Below are positions 61,491-64,000 of a stretch of 64,000 nucleotides of DNA, piece after piece. The position numbers and the translations under genes were made by a program. Source of the stretch: Octopus vulgaris (taxonomy: Eukaryota); contig OX597820.1 in the NCBI GenBank assembly GCA_951406725.2, positions 33,728,001-33,792,000 on the forward strand, in the 5' to 3' direction. The first letter of the stretch is position 1, and every line of letters begins with the position of its first letter. The notes beneath the pieces were generated by a model that worked only from the letters and a program-made list of their open reading frames with translations, did no database searches and was not told where the DNA came from.

Positions 61491-61549
61491 ATTATATATA
61501 TATATATATTTATTTACACACGATTATATATATATATATATTTATTTAC

Positions 61550-62396
61550 ACACGGGGGTGCAACGGGTAAATTGCCATTTTATATTTTTGATTTTGTGCA
61601 TTCTCGTTGTTTGATTTTGTCAACTACACATTATAGTAGGGTCAGTTCGGCACTGTCTGTGAGAACAACAGCACCATGATGCAATTCACTCTGCCAGAAA
61701 TTTGGAAATGACATGCTGTACTGTTTGGTATTTGTGCCAGAAGCTCCAATACAAACATTTCAGAGTGTTTAAGTGTCAATTTGAGGACATGTACTGAGAG
61801 TGATAAAAATCAAACATCCAGTCAACATCATGGTGTTTGGAGTGATCACTAGTAATGGCAACACCTCCATTCATCTTCCCATACAGCCTCAGATTCATCA
61901 AGTGTCTGGAGGAAGTAGTGCTCCCTTGGGTCATGCGGGTGGCTACTTGAAGACCCCATGTCTGGCAACAGGACTCTGCACCATGCCACACAAGCAGGAG
62001 AACCCAGTAATGGCTATCAGATAATTTCTGCGACCACATCACCCCTAATATCTGGATGCCTAATTCCCCAGACTGCAACCCCCTTGATTATTATGTGTGG
62101 GGTGCAGTTGAGCAAGAGACCAACAAATCTCCTTATAACACCAAAGATGAACTGAAGGCAAGGATTATGGCAGCATTCATGAACTTAAACAAGATCATCC
62201 AGAAGAGTTGCAGAAGATTCCAAAGTTGTCAGGAGGCTATGGTTGAAGCCAATGGCGATTTTATTGAATAAATTTACTCTTTAGTATTTCAAGATATTTT
62301 CATGTAATTTTTGTAAATATATCTGTTAAAATGAGACGACGGTGTTATTTTCATTTTTGCATAATTTAGATGACAGTTTATTCACCACGCCCTGTA
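61550..62396 (+). mobile_element. Tc1/mariner (maT/DD37D-like) transposon, internally deleted
   Basis: KHPVNIMVFGVITSNG, WQQDSAPCH, PNSPDCNPLDYYVWGAVE. Ends TTCACCACGCCCTG-TA. A lone end fragment is at about 58100-58146. Confidence 0.85.
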
Positions 62397-62424
62397 TATA
62401 TATATATATATATATACACATATA

Positions 62425-64000
62425 TATCATCATCATCATCATTTAACGTATGCGTTCCATGTTGGCGTAGGTTGGATAATTTGACTGAGGACTGGCAAAC
62501 CAGGCTCCTACATGATCTGGCAGAGTTTCTACAGGTGGGTGCCCTTCCTAAGCCAACCACTCCGAGAGTGTAGTGGGTGCTTTTATGTGCCACTGGCACA
62601 AGGGCCAGTCAGGCAGTACTGGCAACGGCCACACTCAAATGGTGTTTTCTACGTGCCACCTGCACAGGAGCTAGCCCAGCGGCATGGCAACGACCTTGCT
62701 CAAATGCTGTTTTTTATGTGCCAGTAAGGCATCGCTGGTAATGATCATGCTTGAATGGTGGTTTTTACGTGCAGCCATCATGGGAGCCTGTCTGCAGCCC
62801 TGGCAAAGATCACACTCGGATGGTGCTCTTAGCATTCCACTAGCACGGATGTCAGTCATGCAGTGCTGTCATTGGCCATGTCAGTGAATCTGATTTCAAT
62901 TTCACTTGCTTCAACAAGTCTTCACAAACAGAGTTTAGTGCCCAGTGAAAGAAAGGTACGCATAAGTGGGCTGGTTACACCACTGGCATGGGCCACAGGT
63001 TATGGTCTCTCTTGGCTTGCTGGGTCTTCTCAAGCACAGCATATTTCCAAAGGTCTCGGTCACTAGTCATTGCCTTGGTGAGGCCTAATGTTTGAAAGTC
63101 ATGCTTCACTACCTCATCCCAGGTCTTCTTGGGTCAACCTCTTCCACAGGTTCCCTCAACTGCTAGGGTGTGACACTTTTTCACACAGCTATCTTCATCC
63201 ATTCACACCACATGACCATACCAGCACAGTCGTCTCTCTTGCACACCACATCTGATGCTTCTTAGGTCCAACTTTTCTCTCAAGGCACTTACACTCTGTC
63301 GTGTATGCACACTGACATTACACATCCAGTGGAGCATACTGGATTCATTCCTTGCAAGCTTACACATGTCCTCAGCAGTCACAGCTATGTAGCATGGCTG
63401 TTTGTACACATGCCTCATACAGTCTACCTTTTACTCTGAGCGAGAGGCCCTTTTCACCAGCAGAGGTAGGAACTCTCTGAACTTTGCCCAGGCTATTCTT
63501 ATTCTAGCAGCTACACTATCAGATCATCCACCCCTGCTACTGACTTGGTCACCTAGGTAATGGAACCTGCCAACTACTTGTAGTTTTTCTCCCTGGAATG
63601 TGGCAGTTGTTCTCTGCACATTTTCAGTGTTTATTGCTCCGGAGCATTGGCCACATACAAAAACTATCTTCCCAGTTAGCCTTCTTTTGATATTGCTGCA
63701 CCTCACCTCTTATGGGTACATCTTATAGAGTTTTTACCTACGCCTTTTCTACAGATCGAGCAGGGCCATCTACTTGAATGGATTTGTGGTTTGTCTGCCC
63801 TCCTACTTATTAAGACTTTGGTGTTAGCTAGGTTGACTCTAAGGCCCTTCAATTCTTATCCTTGTTTCCACATCTGAAACTTCTCTAGTTCTGATAGTGA
63901 CTCAGCAATTAGAGCAAGGTCATCAGCATAAAGGAGCTCCTAGGGGCATCCTGTCTTAAATTCTTCTGTTATTGCCTGGAAGACTATGATAAACAGGAGG
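62425..64000 (-). mobile_element. RTE LINE 3' part (runs off the window)
   Basis: Homologous to 15915-16930: LLYADDL-like, FHYLGDQVSSRGG, RRLCWYGHV. 3' UTR with tandem units and a (GAT)n tail. Confidence 0.92.

Overview
AT-rich, microsatellite-dense eukaryotic DNA. The SINE families, (TA)n tracts and repeat mix point to a cephalopod, probably Octopus (inference). Most of the window is decayed transposable elements: Helitron, Tc1/mariner, pogo/Tigger, RTE, CR1/L2, CRE, R4-like, Penelope-like elements with hammerhead ribozyme motifs, tRNA-derived SINEs, MITEs and solo LTRs. No spliced host protein gene can be supported. Three things stand out. (1) Two U2 snRNA genes sit in a long inverted duplication (about 6923-12060 vs 42420-45783). 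One is intact (43499-43688, +). The other (9234-9421, -) is damaged and carries, 3 nt upstream of its +1, a 1.58-kb ORF1-only (HAL1-like) L1/Tx1-type retroelement with a CCHC knuckle, in the same orientation, so the empty and filled sites are both visible. (2) An intact, intronless 266-aa ORF with tandem death-domain-like motifs (25778-26578, -) lies just 3' of a CRE-clade retrotransposon end, and a disrupted inverted second copy is nearby. (3) Long-TIR MITEs with 8-bp TSDs and telomeric (TTAGGG)-like cores. All calls come from reading the sequence by eye; no searches were run and many boundaries are approximate.
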